A stretch of 64,000 bases of DNA from Pirellulales bacterium (GCA_041736895.1 JBGSSS010000208.1:12496-76495), one strand, 5' to 3'. Shown: positions 27,898 through 36,312, counted from the stretch's first letter. The notes: generated by a model from the sequence alone, not told the origin. Translations and numbers: made by a program.

Positions 27898-28803
27898 TCA
27901 CTTTGGCCAGTCCTTGTTCGTGCGCAGATCGATCGTGTTTTGCTTCACGATTGTTTCGAGCCCGCCGGGTTGTTCACTCCAGCGTTTGATCGCAGCGATT
28001 TTCTCTTGGGCGGGCAATTCGCCGACATGTTCGTGGCCGGGTGCTTGCCCCCAGATCAGTGTTCCGCCGTCTTTGGTCTCGATCACATAATGCCGTGTGA
28101 TTGTGCCGACATTGGCCAGGTCTTCGACCCAGCGAATGCTCATCAATTTGGCTTGGTTCCAAAGCGGTTCGAGCGCCGCGGCAATCTGCGCTCCGCCAAG
28201 AATGATCGGATTATCCCAGATAGTCCCCGCCGGGGCAGTCGGACTGCCCGCGTTGCTCACAATGCGCGGATACTGGAGAAGATCCGGATGTCCTGCAAAA
28301 TCTCCCGGCGGCAGCAGCGTTCCTACGGCGTCGATTGGCAGTAACCCTTTTTTCCTCTCACCCTTTTCGTCGATCAATTCCACTTCAGTCATGGCAATCG
28401 GCCGCCGGTATTGGAGTTTGATGTGCGCATGCGCAGGGTAAGTCAACTGCACTCCGTCAACTTGGCTGATCCAGGGATGCAACCGAAACGCCATTGCCAA
28501 ACGTTCAGGCAACGAGACATCGAGCAGCGACAAGGGCGGATCGAGGCTCGCGTCGCGGAGTGCTTCGGTTCGGATATCGGCGCGAATCCAAGCTGGCTTC
28601 GGAGGAAGCTCAATATCGTTGTAATCGAGCTGATAGTCGCCGCGCGTTTCGACGGTGCGATGAACTTGCTGCCAGAGATACCACGCGGTTCCGCCGAGCA
28701 GTCCGCAAACCACAACGAGCGTCCCCAGCCCGCTATGCCGCAAGAGCGAAAAGATTCCCCCCGCAGGTTCCGGTGTCGGGGGCGGCGCGCTCCGTTTGGC
28801 CAT
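27898..28803 (-). CDS. FtsQ/DivIB-like protein (single TM plus POTRA-like domain)
   Basis: TM helix LGTLVVVCGLLGGTAWYLW is followed by ...IELPPKPAWIRADIRTEALRDASLDPPLSLLDVSLPERLAMAFRLHPWISQVDGVQLTYPAHAHIKLQYRRPIAM. It lies next to murB. I use ATG 28803. Confidence 0.5.
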   Translation of the reverse strand: MAKRSAPPPTPEPAGGIFSLLRHSGLGTLVVVCGLLGGTAWYLWQQVHRTVETRGDYQLDYNDIELPPKPAWIRADIRTEALRDASLDPPLSLLDVSLPERLAMAFRLHPWISQVDGVQLTYPAHAHIKLQYRRPIAMTEVELIDEKGERKKGLLPIDAVGTLLPPGDFAGHPDLLQYPRIVSNAGSPTAPAGTIWDNPIILGGAQIAAALEPLWNQAKLMSIRWVEDLANVGTITRHYVIETKDGGTLIWGQAPGHEHVGELPAQEKIAAIKRWSEQPGGLETIVKQNTIDLRTNKDWPK

Positions 28804-28827
28804 AGTCTTCTTGAGGTTTAATGCAAC

Positions 28828-29001
28828 CCACAGATGGACACAGATGAACACAGATAAATGCAAATCCAATGAAATTTCACAACGGCATTTACCTCAATTC
28901 CCGCTTTTCTTGCATCTTGTTTCTGTTACGGAGTTCCAGCTTTTTACTTTGACTCTTATCCGTGTTTATCTGTGTCAATCTGTGGCGAGTATTTTGAATT
29001 C
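28828..29001. repeat. MITE-like element bounded by inverted arms built from CACAGAT words at 10-bp spacing
   Basis: The left arm reads CCACAGATGGACACAGATGAACACAGATAAATGCAAAT. The right arm reads TTATCCGTGTTTATCTGTGTCAATCTGTGGCGAGTATTTTGAATTC. A second copy is at 53071-53216. Confidence 0.8.
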
Positions 29002-29878
29002 ACCAGACGTTGATTTCGAGATCGAGTTCGACGCCGAGGCGCTCCAGCACCTTGTCGCGGATGAGCTCAATCAATTGCAAGACGTCCTTGGTTGTCGCCG
29101 AAGGTTCCGCGACAATGAAATTCTGGTGGCGGTCATTGACCTCGGCACCGCCGACGCGCGCGCCCTTAAGACCGGCTTGTTCAATCAGCATTCCCGCATT
29201 TACGCCGCGCGGGTTCTTGAAGATGCAGCCCGTGCTCTGGTGGCCCATCGGCTGGGTCGCCTTTTTCATGATCCATTCTTTTTGCATCCGCTTGGTCAGT
29301 TCCAACGGATCTTCGCGGTCGAGCGTAAATTCGGTGTTCAGGACGATGACATCGTCCAAGCTGCTCTGGCGGTAGGCAAAAACGAGCTCGTTTTTTTCGC
29401 GGGTTTGTAACTCTCCGGCGTGGGTGAGGATGGTCGCGCGTTGCATCCACTGGCCGATGTCACCCGTTTGCCCGCCGGCATTAATATGGACAGCCCCGCC
29501 GATGGTGCCGGGGATACCGACGAGTGTTTCGAGTCCGGAGAAACCTTCGCGGACCGCGACCGAGATCGCATGGCCTAGTCGTGCGCCGCCGCCGGCGGCG
29601 AGGCCTTGCTTGGTCACAAGGATTTCCGTGAAGGCTGGCCCCGACAAGCGAACCACAACGCCGCGCACACCTTCGTCTCGTACTAACAGATTCGAGCCGC
29701 CGCCGAGCAAACGCACAGGCAGGTTCTCTTCACGCGAACGCCGCACGAGCGCGGCCAGTTCGTCAAGCGTATTCGGTTCGGCAAAATATTCGGCGGGACC
29801 GCCCAGCCCAAACCAAGTATGCGGCGCGAGCAATTCGCCAGTGCGGACGATCTTTTCAAAGCCCTTCAGAAACGACAT
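29000..29878 (-). CDS. murB: UDP-N-acetylenolpyruvoylglucosamine reductase MurB
   Basis: Has an FAD-binding domain (FGLGGPAEYF...LGGGSNLLV) and the MurB C-terminal domain. ATG 29878 is used, because the upstream extension is repeat-derived. Confidence 0.88.
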   Translation of the reverse strand: MSFLKGFEKIVRTGELLAPHTWFGLGGPAEYFAEPNTLDELAALVRRSREENLPVRLLGGGSNLLVRDEGVRGVVVRLSGPAFTEILVTKQGLAAGGGARLGHAISVAVREGFSGLETLVGIPGTIGGAVHINAGGQTGDIGQWMQRATILTHAGELQTREKNELVFAYRQSSLDDVIVLNTEFTLDREDPLELTKRMQKEWIMKKATQPMGHQSTGCIFKNPRGVNAGMLIEQAGLKGARVGGAEVNDRHQNFIVAEPSATTKDVLQLIELIRDKVLERLGVELDLEINVW

Positions 29879-29975
29879 GCGATTGACAATCCCAGCGGAG
29901 CGTTGAGCGGAACGTGATAAGAAACAATTCGTGGCATTGTCGCTAGTTTCGGGGGCAATGTCTAGGGTTCTATCC

Positions 29976-30113
29976 TTTAGCCCCCCGTCAATGACGGGGA
30001 GAGCAGCGGGATGAGCGAAGTTGGTTGTTCTAATCCAAGAATCATCGTCAAACGATTCCCTTCGCTTCATAATTCTGACGTCCAACTCCCCCGGTCATTG
30101 ACCGGGGGTTAAA
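29976..30113. repeat. Inverted doublet, CCCCCCGTCAATGACGGGG family
   Basis: The arms are 29976-30000 and 30086-30113. Confidence 0.85.
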
Positions 30114-30114
30114 T

Positions 30115-30153
30115 AAAAAAACCGGCCGTTCCTTTTTCGCAAGGAACGGCCGG
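30115..30153 (-). terminator. Rho-independent terminator
   Basis: The minus strand reads CCGGCCGTTCC-ttgcgaaaaa-GGAACGGCCGG followed by TTTTTTT. Confidence 0.7.
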
Positions 30154-30359
30154 CGTGATCTCCCGTGGCCATCGAGGGTGTTACCCCGACGATGCCCACG
30201 GTCATGAATTCTGTCGCGAAGGAAAACTAGCTTTGTTCAAGAATTTCTCGAACGCGGCTCGTCTTATGAGCTTCGACCCAGGAGGGAGGGTTGCACCGTA
30301 CATACCCGCATACTCGGCGCAAGCGACAGAATCCCGAAATGGTTTGGTGGTGTCTCCTC

Positions 30360-30887
30360 TTAATCGTTCGCGTGGTGTTCTAAAAAATCGTGAATGCGAA
30401 TCACAACCGCGCGGGCCGAATCGTCTTCGACCGCCGGGCGCTGGCGAAATTCTTGGCGTGCTTCGTACTCGCGAATGCGATTCGCCCCGGGCCGCGTGCG
30501 CGACCAGGTCGTCGGTGGAATGAACTCTTCGTCGTCCCAGGTCAGACCGTTCCGATTGGCCCACAGTTGCCACTCGCACCATGCACTCCAAGCATCGTTG
30601 ACTTGCAAGGTCCAGCAGCCTGCCCACGGGGTGATGCGGCGGCCAGCAATCACAACCCCGGTGGCCCCGAGCGCAAGAGCTTCTTCAGCCAAGCGAACCT
30701 CGTAACCATCAGCCAATTCATCGCTCGACAGATCCAACGGCCAGTAGACCGAGCCGGGTACAATCTGACTCAGGTAGTGCGTCACGCCGCGAATCAACGT
30801 CCGTTCGCCATCCAATGGCGGCATCGAACCCAACCGCAGCACTCCGCCGCACGCTGTCCGCAAATCATCAATCGTGGCTCGTAACAT
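30360..30887 (-). CDS. MurF N-terminal-domain-only ORF (possible remnant of murF)
   Basis: The 175-aa sequence MLRATIDDLRTACGGVLRLG...IRGVTHYLSQIVPGSVYWPL...ALALGATGVVIAGR...LQVNDAWSAWCEW aligns by eye with the MurF N-domain. There is no G-x-x-GKT P-loop and no central or C-terminal domain. It occupies the murF slot after murE. Confidence 0.4.
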   Translation of the reverse strand: MLRATIDDLRTACGGVLRLGSMPPLDGERTLIRGVTHYLSQIVPGSVYWPLDLSSDELADGYEVRLAEEALALGATGVVIAGRRITPWAGCWTLQVNDAWSAWCEWQLWANRNGLTWDDEEFIPPTTWSRTRPGANRIREYEARQEFRQRPAVEDDSARAVVIRIHDFLEHHAND

Positions 30888-30917
30888 GACTTCGCTTCTT
30901 TCTGCTTCTCTGAATTC

Positions 30918-31018
30918 GTAGGTTAGGCTTTCTAGCCTGATGTTGCGGACTTGTACGACGGACTTCCAGTCCGTCGAATTACCGAAATATCTGACGACGG
31001 ACTGGAAGTCCGTCGTAC
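30918..31018. repeat. One GTAGGTTAGGCTTTCTAGCCTGA unit plus an inverted doublet of GTACGACGGACTTCCAGTCCGTCG
   Basis: The single unit is 30918-30940. The doublet arms are 30953-30976 and 30995-31018. Confidence 0.88.
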
Positions 31019-31023
31019 GCGCG

Positions 31024-32517
31024 TTACGCCCGTTTCTTGGCACTCTTGTTCTTGGTTTCCAGTGCCCGCAGCCACGGTTCGATCAGGTCGCGATCGTCGT
31101 CGGCCATGCTGAACCCGGGGAACGGCGCGTTGCGCGCCCCAGCCACAACGAGCACGTCGCCCGGTTGGCACTTGGCCAGGAGTTGCTCGATCGCTTCGCG
31201 GCGGTCACCGATGTGAGTCACGTGCTTCAGGCACTCGAATCCCGTCAGGATTTCGAGCGCCGCTTCGGCGCACGCCCCGGAGTTCGGTTGGTCGTGTGTG
31301 ATGACGACCTGATCGGTGTGGGCCTCAATCGTTTGGCCGAGGCGATGCAGTTGATCTCGCGAGCGAGTTGGCTCGGCACCGAAGACGCAATACACGCGGC
31401 CGGTCGAAACTTCACGCGCTGTTTCCAGTGTCATGCGGAGCGATTCGGGTTCACTGGCCGCATCGGTAAACACGGTAAACGGCTGGCCGCATTCAATGCG
31501 TTCCAAGCGGCCCGGCAGCTTGTCAACCGTTTCGAGTCCGCGGGCGATTTCAGTGAGCTGCATGCCTTGCAACAAGCCAACCGCCGCCGCGCTCAGGCAG
31601 TGGTACAGCATCGCATCGCCAACGAATTGCGTCCGCACGGCAACGCTTTCAGGTCCGGCGGTAAGCAGGAAGGTTTGTTCCGAGGGGCTGCGTTCCAAGA
31701 GCTTCGCCGTGACGTCGGCCGTTTCGTTCAAGCCAATCGTCAGCGTCGGCATTCCAGCATCTCGGGCCAAGTCGCGGCCAAGGGCGTCGTCCAAATTGAC
31801 GACAAGTGTTCCGCCCGGCTTCAGTGATTCGCAAATCCGCCGCAGCGTGTCGCGATAGTTATCGAGTGTCGAATGTTCGTCAAACCCGTCGCGCGAAAAG
31901 TTCGTGACCACGGCACAATCTAGCAACAGTCCCGCGAGTTGTTGCTGGGCAATGGCGAGGCTGCTGACTTCGAGGACCGCGTGCTTCGCGCCGGCTTTTG
32001 CACATTCGGCGAACCAGGCACTGACGCCGCGCGGCACGTCCTTGGTCGGTTGTTCGGGGGCAAAGTCGTTGCTTGTCGAGCGTCCCAGCGTGCTGTAAAA
32101 CCCGCTGCCGGCCTTGTTCCCCAGCACACTCGCGATCAGCCATGTCGCGCAAGTTTTGCCATGAGTTCCCGTGACGCCAACTTTGTGCAGCCCGCCAATC
32201 GCCGTGGCTTGGAGGCCATAGCAGAGCTGAGCGTAGGCGGCACGGGCATCCTTGACGATGCATTGCGGTGCGCTCGAGAGCGGCAGCAGTTGTTCGGTGA
32301 TGATGACCGTCGCGCCGCTATGCAGGGCGAGCGCGGCGGCTTGCATCGGATCATCGTTCGCGTCGTCGAGAACGACGTACGCGCAGCCCTTCGTGCATTG
32401 GCGCGGTGTGACAGCCACACCGGTGACCTTGGGCGAAGCGACATGCAGATACTCGGCTGTCGGGAACAATTCCCGCAGCGAGACTTCCGTCGGACGAGTT
32501 GTGATTCGTCGAGCCAT
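31024..32517 (-). CDS. murE: UDP-N-acetylmuramoyl-L-alanyl-D-glutamate ligase MurE (divergent C-terminal motifs)
   Basis: 497 aa with the Mur-ligase P-loop VGVTGTHGKT. The DNPR-equivalent motif reads DQPN (31282-31293). AGKGHE is replaced by AGARNA. Confidence 0.85.
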   Translation of the reverse strand: MARRITTRPTEVSLRELFPTAEYLHVASPKVTGVAVTPRQCTKGCAYVVLDDANDDPMQAAALALHSGATVIITEQLLPLSSAPQCIVKDARAAYAQLCYGLQATAIGGLHKVGVTGTHGKTCATWLIASVLGNKAGSGFYSTLGRSTSNDFAPEQPTKDVPRGVSAWFAECAKAGAKHAVLEVSSLAIAQQQLAGLLLDCAVVTNFSRDGFDEHSTLDNYRDTLRRICESLKPGGTLVVNLDDALGRDLARDAGMPTLTIGLNETADVTAKLLERSPSEQTFLLTAGPESVAVRTQFVGDAMLYHCLSAAAVGLLQGMQLTEIARGLETVDKLPGRLERIECGQPFTVFTDAASEPESLRMTLETAREVSTGRVYCVFGAEPTRSRDQLHRLGQTIEAHTDQVVITHDQPNSGACAEAALEILTGFECLKHVTHIGDRREAIEQLLAKCQPGDVLVVAGARNAPFPGFSMADDDRDLIEPWLRALETKNKSAKKRA

Positions 32518-32644
32518 CGCGGGCCTCCTTGCCCTGCGAACGGGTACCTAGCCGAGACACGCGGCCATCCTTGACCGCAACTCGCCCAGATTCAGAGGCC
32601 GGGATGGTCACTCATTTTGCGAATCGGGTCAAGAGGGATTTTTC

Positions 32645-32740
32645 GTAGGTCAGGCTTTCTAGCCTGACGATGTTTGACGCGGAATTCACAGCAAACGAAG
32701 TGGAATCTCAACTCTTGTCAGGCTGGAAAGCCTAACCTAC
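32645..32740. repeat. REPIN-like doublet, GTAGGTCAGGCTTTCTAGCCTGAC family
   Basis: The arms are 32645-32668 and 32717-32740. Confidence 0.88.
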
Positions 32741-32809
32741 GGTGGCAGAAAATAGTTCTACAAGTCACAATGGAAGCTGAACATTTTCCTCTGCTAGCAA
32801 GTATTCGAC

Positions 32810-33532
32810 ATGGAAGAATTCGACATTCCCGGTTTGGCCGAGCATCTGCATCTAACTGCGGCGCAGGTATTGCGCCTGGCGGAGCGCGGACAGATCCCCG
32901 CGCGGCGCGTTGGCGGCGAGTGGCGTTTTCACCCGGCCGAGGTTCATCAATGGTGGGAACAACGGATCGGCTTGGCGGATGACCAGCAACTCGCCGAGAT
33001 GGAGGTTGTCCTCCGCGGGCCGCGCGGTACGACAACGACGCCGACTGAGTTTACGCTAGCGGCGTTGCTTCGACCTGAAGCGATTGAGTTACAACTCGAC
33101 GCGCGAACGAATACGGCGGTGATCGGGGCGATGGTTGATGTTGCCGCGCGCACCGGATTGATCTGGGACACAGCACGCTTGACCGATGCAGTTCGCGCCC
33201 GGGAAGAATTGCATAGCACGGCGCTTGACGAAGGGATCGCCCTCTTGCATCCCCGCCGTCCACAGCCGAGTATCTTGGGTGATGCGTTGATTGCGTTTGG
33301 CCGAACGCCGAGTCCGATTCCGTTCGGCAATTCGCGCGGCAAGCTCACGGACCTGTTTTTCATGATCTGCACGCTCGACGACCGGACGCATCTGCGCGTC
33401 CTCGCCCGCTTGAGCCGCCTCTTAAGCGATCCGGCGTTCCTCGATCAACTGCGCTGGGCCACGACGGTGAGCGAATTGCATGAGTCGCTCGCGACTGCCG
33501 AACAGCGTGTCTTGGAAACCGCCGGGGAATGA
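32810..33532 (+). CDS. HTH (excisionase/MerR-type) and PTS EIIA(Ntr)/PtsN-like domain fusion protein
   Basis: The N-terminus reads LTAAQVLRLAERGQIPARRVGGEWRFHPAEVHQWW. The EIIA_2-like core reads GIALLHPR...DLFFMICTLDDRTHLRVLARLSRLL. Confidence 0.75.
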   Translation: MEEFDIPGLAEHLHLTAAQVLRLAERGQIPARRVGGEWRFHPAEVHQWWEQRIGLADDQQLAEMEVVLRGPRGTTTTPTEFTLAALLRPEAIELQLDARTNTAVIGAMVDVAARTGLIWDTARLTDAVRAREELHSTALDEGIALLHPRRPQPSILGDALIAFGRTPSPIPFGNSRGKLTDLFFMICTLDDRTHLRVLARLSRLLSDPAFLDQLRWATTVSELHESLATAEQRVLETAGE

Positions 33533-34386
33533 AAACTGCTATGACGGCAAGCGTGAATCCGGCTCTTTCTCAGAACTCGGATTATCAAAAATCTCAGAAC
33601 ACAATCTGGCTCGGCCCCGCTTCCGGCGAGTTCCAGCGCGCCTTCGATTTTCTTCACCAACACGCACGAGTCCGGCTCTGCCCCAATCTTGCGACGCTCG
33701 ACACCTGGTCGAACTTGTCCCAGTTCGCCCCGCCCGAATTGATCATCGGCGCGAGTCCCTGGCCTGGTTCATGGCAGACGGCAGAGCTCGAAAAGATCAG
33801 CCGACAATGGCCGCTGACGCGGTGGGTCGAACTTGTCGGGGCGTGGAGCCAAGGCGCGGCACGCACCGCGCCTGGTTGGGCCAATTGGCAGCAAGTTCCG
33901 GCCGGGGAATTTGAGTTCGCAATCGACGAATTGTTGGAAAGTTGCCGCTCTCCCCTGCCCCGTACAACGACGCGCGAGGAACGCCTGTTGAGCCGCGCGC
34001 CGAAACTGCTGCGTCAAGGAACTCGCGTTGGGGTAATCTCACGGCATCGCAATCAGTTGCTGCCGCTCTTGGAACTGCTCGAATCGATTGGATGTCTCCC
34101 GGTTGGCCATTGGCAGCAAACACCGGAGCTGGAATCCGGCGACGAAGACTCGTGGCGCGAGTTCGCGCCTGAGGTGTTGGTCGTGAATCTCAGCACGGAT
34201 CTTGAAGCGGCTTTGCCGTGGTTGCTCGCGATTCGCGCGCGCTGGCCGCAAGTGCCATTAGTGTTATTAGGCGATGTCCCGCGTGTTCAAGAATTGAATC
34301 TCGCCCACGAGCACCAGCTTGGTCCCCTACTCGGCAAGCCGGTCGATGCGGCGCGCTTGGCGAAGGCGATCGAAAGCGTTTTATAA
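33529..34386 (+). CDS. Hypothetical protein with a receiver-like (CheY-fold-like) C-terminal half
   Basis: 285 aa with a start overlapping the upstream stop (ATGA). The C-terminus reads ...VLVVNLSTDLEAALPWLLAIRARWPQVPLVLLGD...LGKPVDAARLAKAIESVL. No clear phospho-acceptor signature is visible. Confidence 0.45.
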   Translation: MKTAMTASVNPALSQNSDYQKSQNTIWLGPASGEFQRAFDFLHQHARVRLCPNLATLDTWSNLSQFAPPELIIGASPWPGSWQTAELEKISRQWPLTRWVELVGAWSQGAARTAPGWANWQQVPAGEFEFAIDELLESCRSPLPRTTTREERLLSRAPKLLRQGTRVGVISRHRNQLLPLLELLESIGCLPVGHWQQTPELESGDEDSWREFAPEVLVVNLSTDLEAALPWLLAIRARWPQVPLVLLGDVPRVQELNLAHEHQLGPLLGKPVDAARLAKAIESVL

Positions 34387-34402
34387 TGCAGAGGGGATGG
34401 TA

Positions 34403-34509
34403 CACTGATTTAACTGATGATTATGATTTTCACTGATCTGCAATAAATCTGACTAAAAAATTTCTGATCAGTGGAAATCAGTCCGATCAGTAAAATCAGT
34501 GTCCCATTG
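34403..34509. repeat. CACTGAT-word repeat element
   Basis: Reads ACACTGATTTAACTGATGATT...CACTGATCTGCA...GATCAGTGGAAATCAGTCCGATCAGTAAAATCAGTGTCCC. Its 3' part is nearly identical to 50611-50676. Confidence 0.8.
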
Positions 34510-34529
34510 TATTTTGTTTCAGTCACGAT

Positions 34530-35111
34530 ATGCCGTTTATTCTCGAAGGCCTGATCACCACTTGGAACCATGACGGCACGACCAACATCGCGCCGCAGGG
34601 GCCGATCGTGCTCGTGCCGGGCGAGAAGCTCATGCTTCGACCGTGGCGAGGTTCGCGGACTTACGACAATCTCTGGCGTGATCGTTGCGGCGTGTTCCAC
34701 TTGACCGACGATGTGCTGTTGCTTGCCGAGACGGCCATCGGCGAGCCGCGCGTCGCTCCGTCACTCGTTCCGGCAACCAAGATCGACGGCATGGCTCTGG
34801 CGGATTCGCTCGAGTCGTGGGAACTGGTCATCGATGAAGCCACAGAGCAAGGTCCGCGCAGCGAAATGACGGCACGCATCGTCAACCGTGTGATCCGGCG
34901 CGTGTCGGCCGGTTGGAATCGCGCCCAGTTCGCCGTGATCGAGCTAGCGATTCTGGCGACACGTTTGCACTTGATTGCCGCGCCGCTAGTGCGGGCGGAT
35001 TTGGACAGCTGGCGAACCGTCGTGGAAAAGACCGGTGGGGAGCGGGAAAGTGCGGCGTTTGAACTATTGGCCGGATACATCGGAAAGCGGCTCGTGGAGA
35101 CGGCTTCATGA
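34530..35111 (+). CDS. DUF447-family protein (family usually linked to tetrahydromethanopterin biosynthesis genes)
   Basis: 193 aa beginning MPFILEGLITTWNHDGTTNIAPQGP. It is translationally coupled (ATGA) to the next gene. Confidence 0.5.
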   Translation: MPFILEGLITTWNHDGTTNIAPQGPIVLVPGEKLMLRPWRGSRTYDNLWRDRCGVFHLTDDVLLLAETAIGEPRVAPSLVPATKIDGMALADSLESWELVIDEATEQGPRSEMTARIVNRVIRRVSAGWNRAQFAVIELAILATRLHLIAAPLVRADLDSWRTVVEKTGGERESAAFELLAGYIGKRLVETAS

Positions 35112-36130
35112 GCACTGGCCCCTTCGAAATTACTTCGCCCGCTCGATTGCACTTCGGGCTGCTCAGTTTCGGCGATCCCACACGGCGACGATTCGGCGGC
35201 GCGGGTGTAATGCTCGACCAACCAGTGCTGCGCGTGAGCTTCACACCCGCGAGTGCTTGGGTCTTCATCGGCCGCGAACAAAGCCGCGTGCGCGAACTGG
35301 CGGAGCGCATTATCATGCGCCTCAGTTCGCTCGGTCAGCCGCTGCAACCGCAGTTGATTGATGTGCGAGAAACCCCGCGCGGTCATGTCGGGTTCGGCAG
35401 CGGAACGCAATTGGGTCTGGCAATCGCCGCGGGTATATTGCGAAGTCAAGAGTTGCCAATCGAAGGTCTCGAGCAATTGATGTTGCTCGCGGGGCGAGGG
35501 CTGCGTTCTTCAGTTGGCAGTTACGGCTTCTTGCACGGCGGGCTGATCGTCGAAGCAGGCAAATTCCTCGGCGAGACACTGGCCCCGCTCATTGCGCAAT
35601 TGACTTTGCCCGCAGCGTGGCGCGTGTTGTTAGTAATCCCTCGCGCGAATCAAGGACTCTCCGGCGGGCCGGAGAAAGAAGCTTTTGCTAAACTCCCGCC
35701 AGTGCCAGCGGCGACCAGCGATCGACTAGCGGCAGAGCTTTCACTGGAAATGATCCCCGCCGCGCGGACTGCTGACTTTGCACGCTTCGCGGCGAGTGTT
35801 AATCGCTATGGCGAACTTGCGGGCAGTTGCTTTGCGACGATTCAGCACGGGTCGTATGCCAACGAGCGCGTCGCGGCGATCGTGCGAACATTGAATGAAC
35901 ACGGGGCGTATGGCGTCGGGCAAAGTTCTTGGGGACCGCTGGTTTTTGCTTGGGCCGAGTCGAGTTGCTCTGCCGAGGATCTGGCTGAGCGAGTCCAAGG
36001 TCATCAAGCCTTATCGGATTGCGAACTTCGTGTCGTTCAGCCCGCCGCAAATGGAGCGATCCTTTCTCAAGACGACAAGGTTTGCGCGATCGGAAAACTG
36101 ATAGGGGCTTCAACGTCGCCTGCAGAATAG
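35108..36130 (+). CDS. Beta-ribofuranosylaminobenzene 5'-phosphate (beta-RFAP) synthase-like, GHMP-kinase fold
   Basis: 340 aa containing ITSPARLHFGLLSFG...GFGSGTQLGLAIAAG...GVGQSSWGP. Confidence 0.55.
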   Translation: MSTGPFEITSPARLHFGLLSFGDPTRRRFGGAGVMLDQPVLRVSFTPASAWVFIGREQSRVRELAERIIMRLSSLGQPLQPQLIDVRETPRGHVGFGSGTQLGLAIAAGILRSQELPIEGLEQLMLLAGRGLRSSVGSYGFLHGGLIVEAGKFLGETLAPLIAQLTLPAAWRVLLVIPRANQGLSGGPEKEAFAKLPPVPAATSDRLAAELSLEMIPAARTADFARFAASVNRYGELAGSCFATIQHGSYANERVAAIVRTLNEHGAYGVGQSSWGPLVFAWAESSCSAEDLAERVQGHQALSDCELRVVQPAANGAILSQDDKVCAIGKLIGASTSPAE

Positions 36131-36312
36131 CCTCGTTATCCTCTGCAAGACATATTTCAGTGCCAACCCAAGCCTGCGGATGGTATGCCCATCCGTAGGG
36201 AATGCCCGCCGATACCATCGGCGGCTTTATTGTTAAGCAATTTGCAAGCGCGCCGCGCTTCGATTACTTTGATGCGATTGCCGCAATTCTTTCCGGGGGG
36301 AATGGGGATCGC

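Noticed and set aside
28955-28985. TTATCCGTG and TTATCTGTG words that resemble the 5' half of DnaA boxes (TTATCCACA), raising the possibility of an origin.
   Set aside because: The 3' halves do not match. The words are part of a repeated MITE-like element present at two loci, and there is no dnaA/dnaN context.
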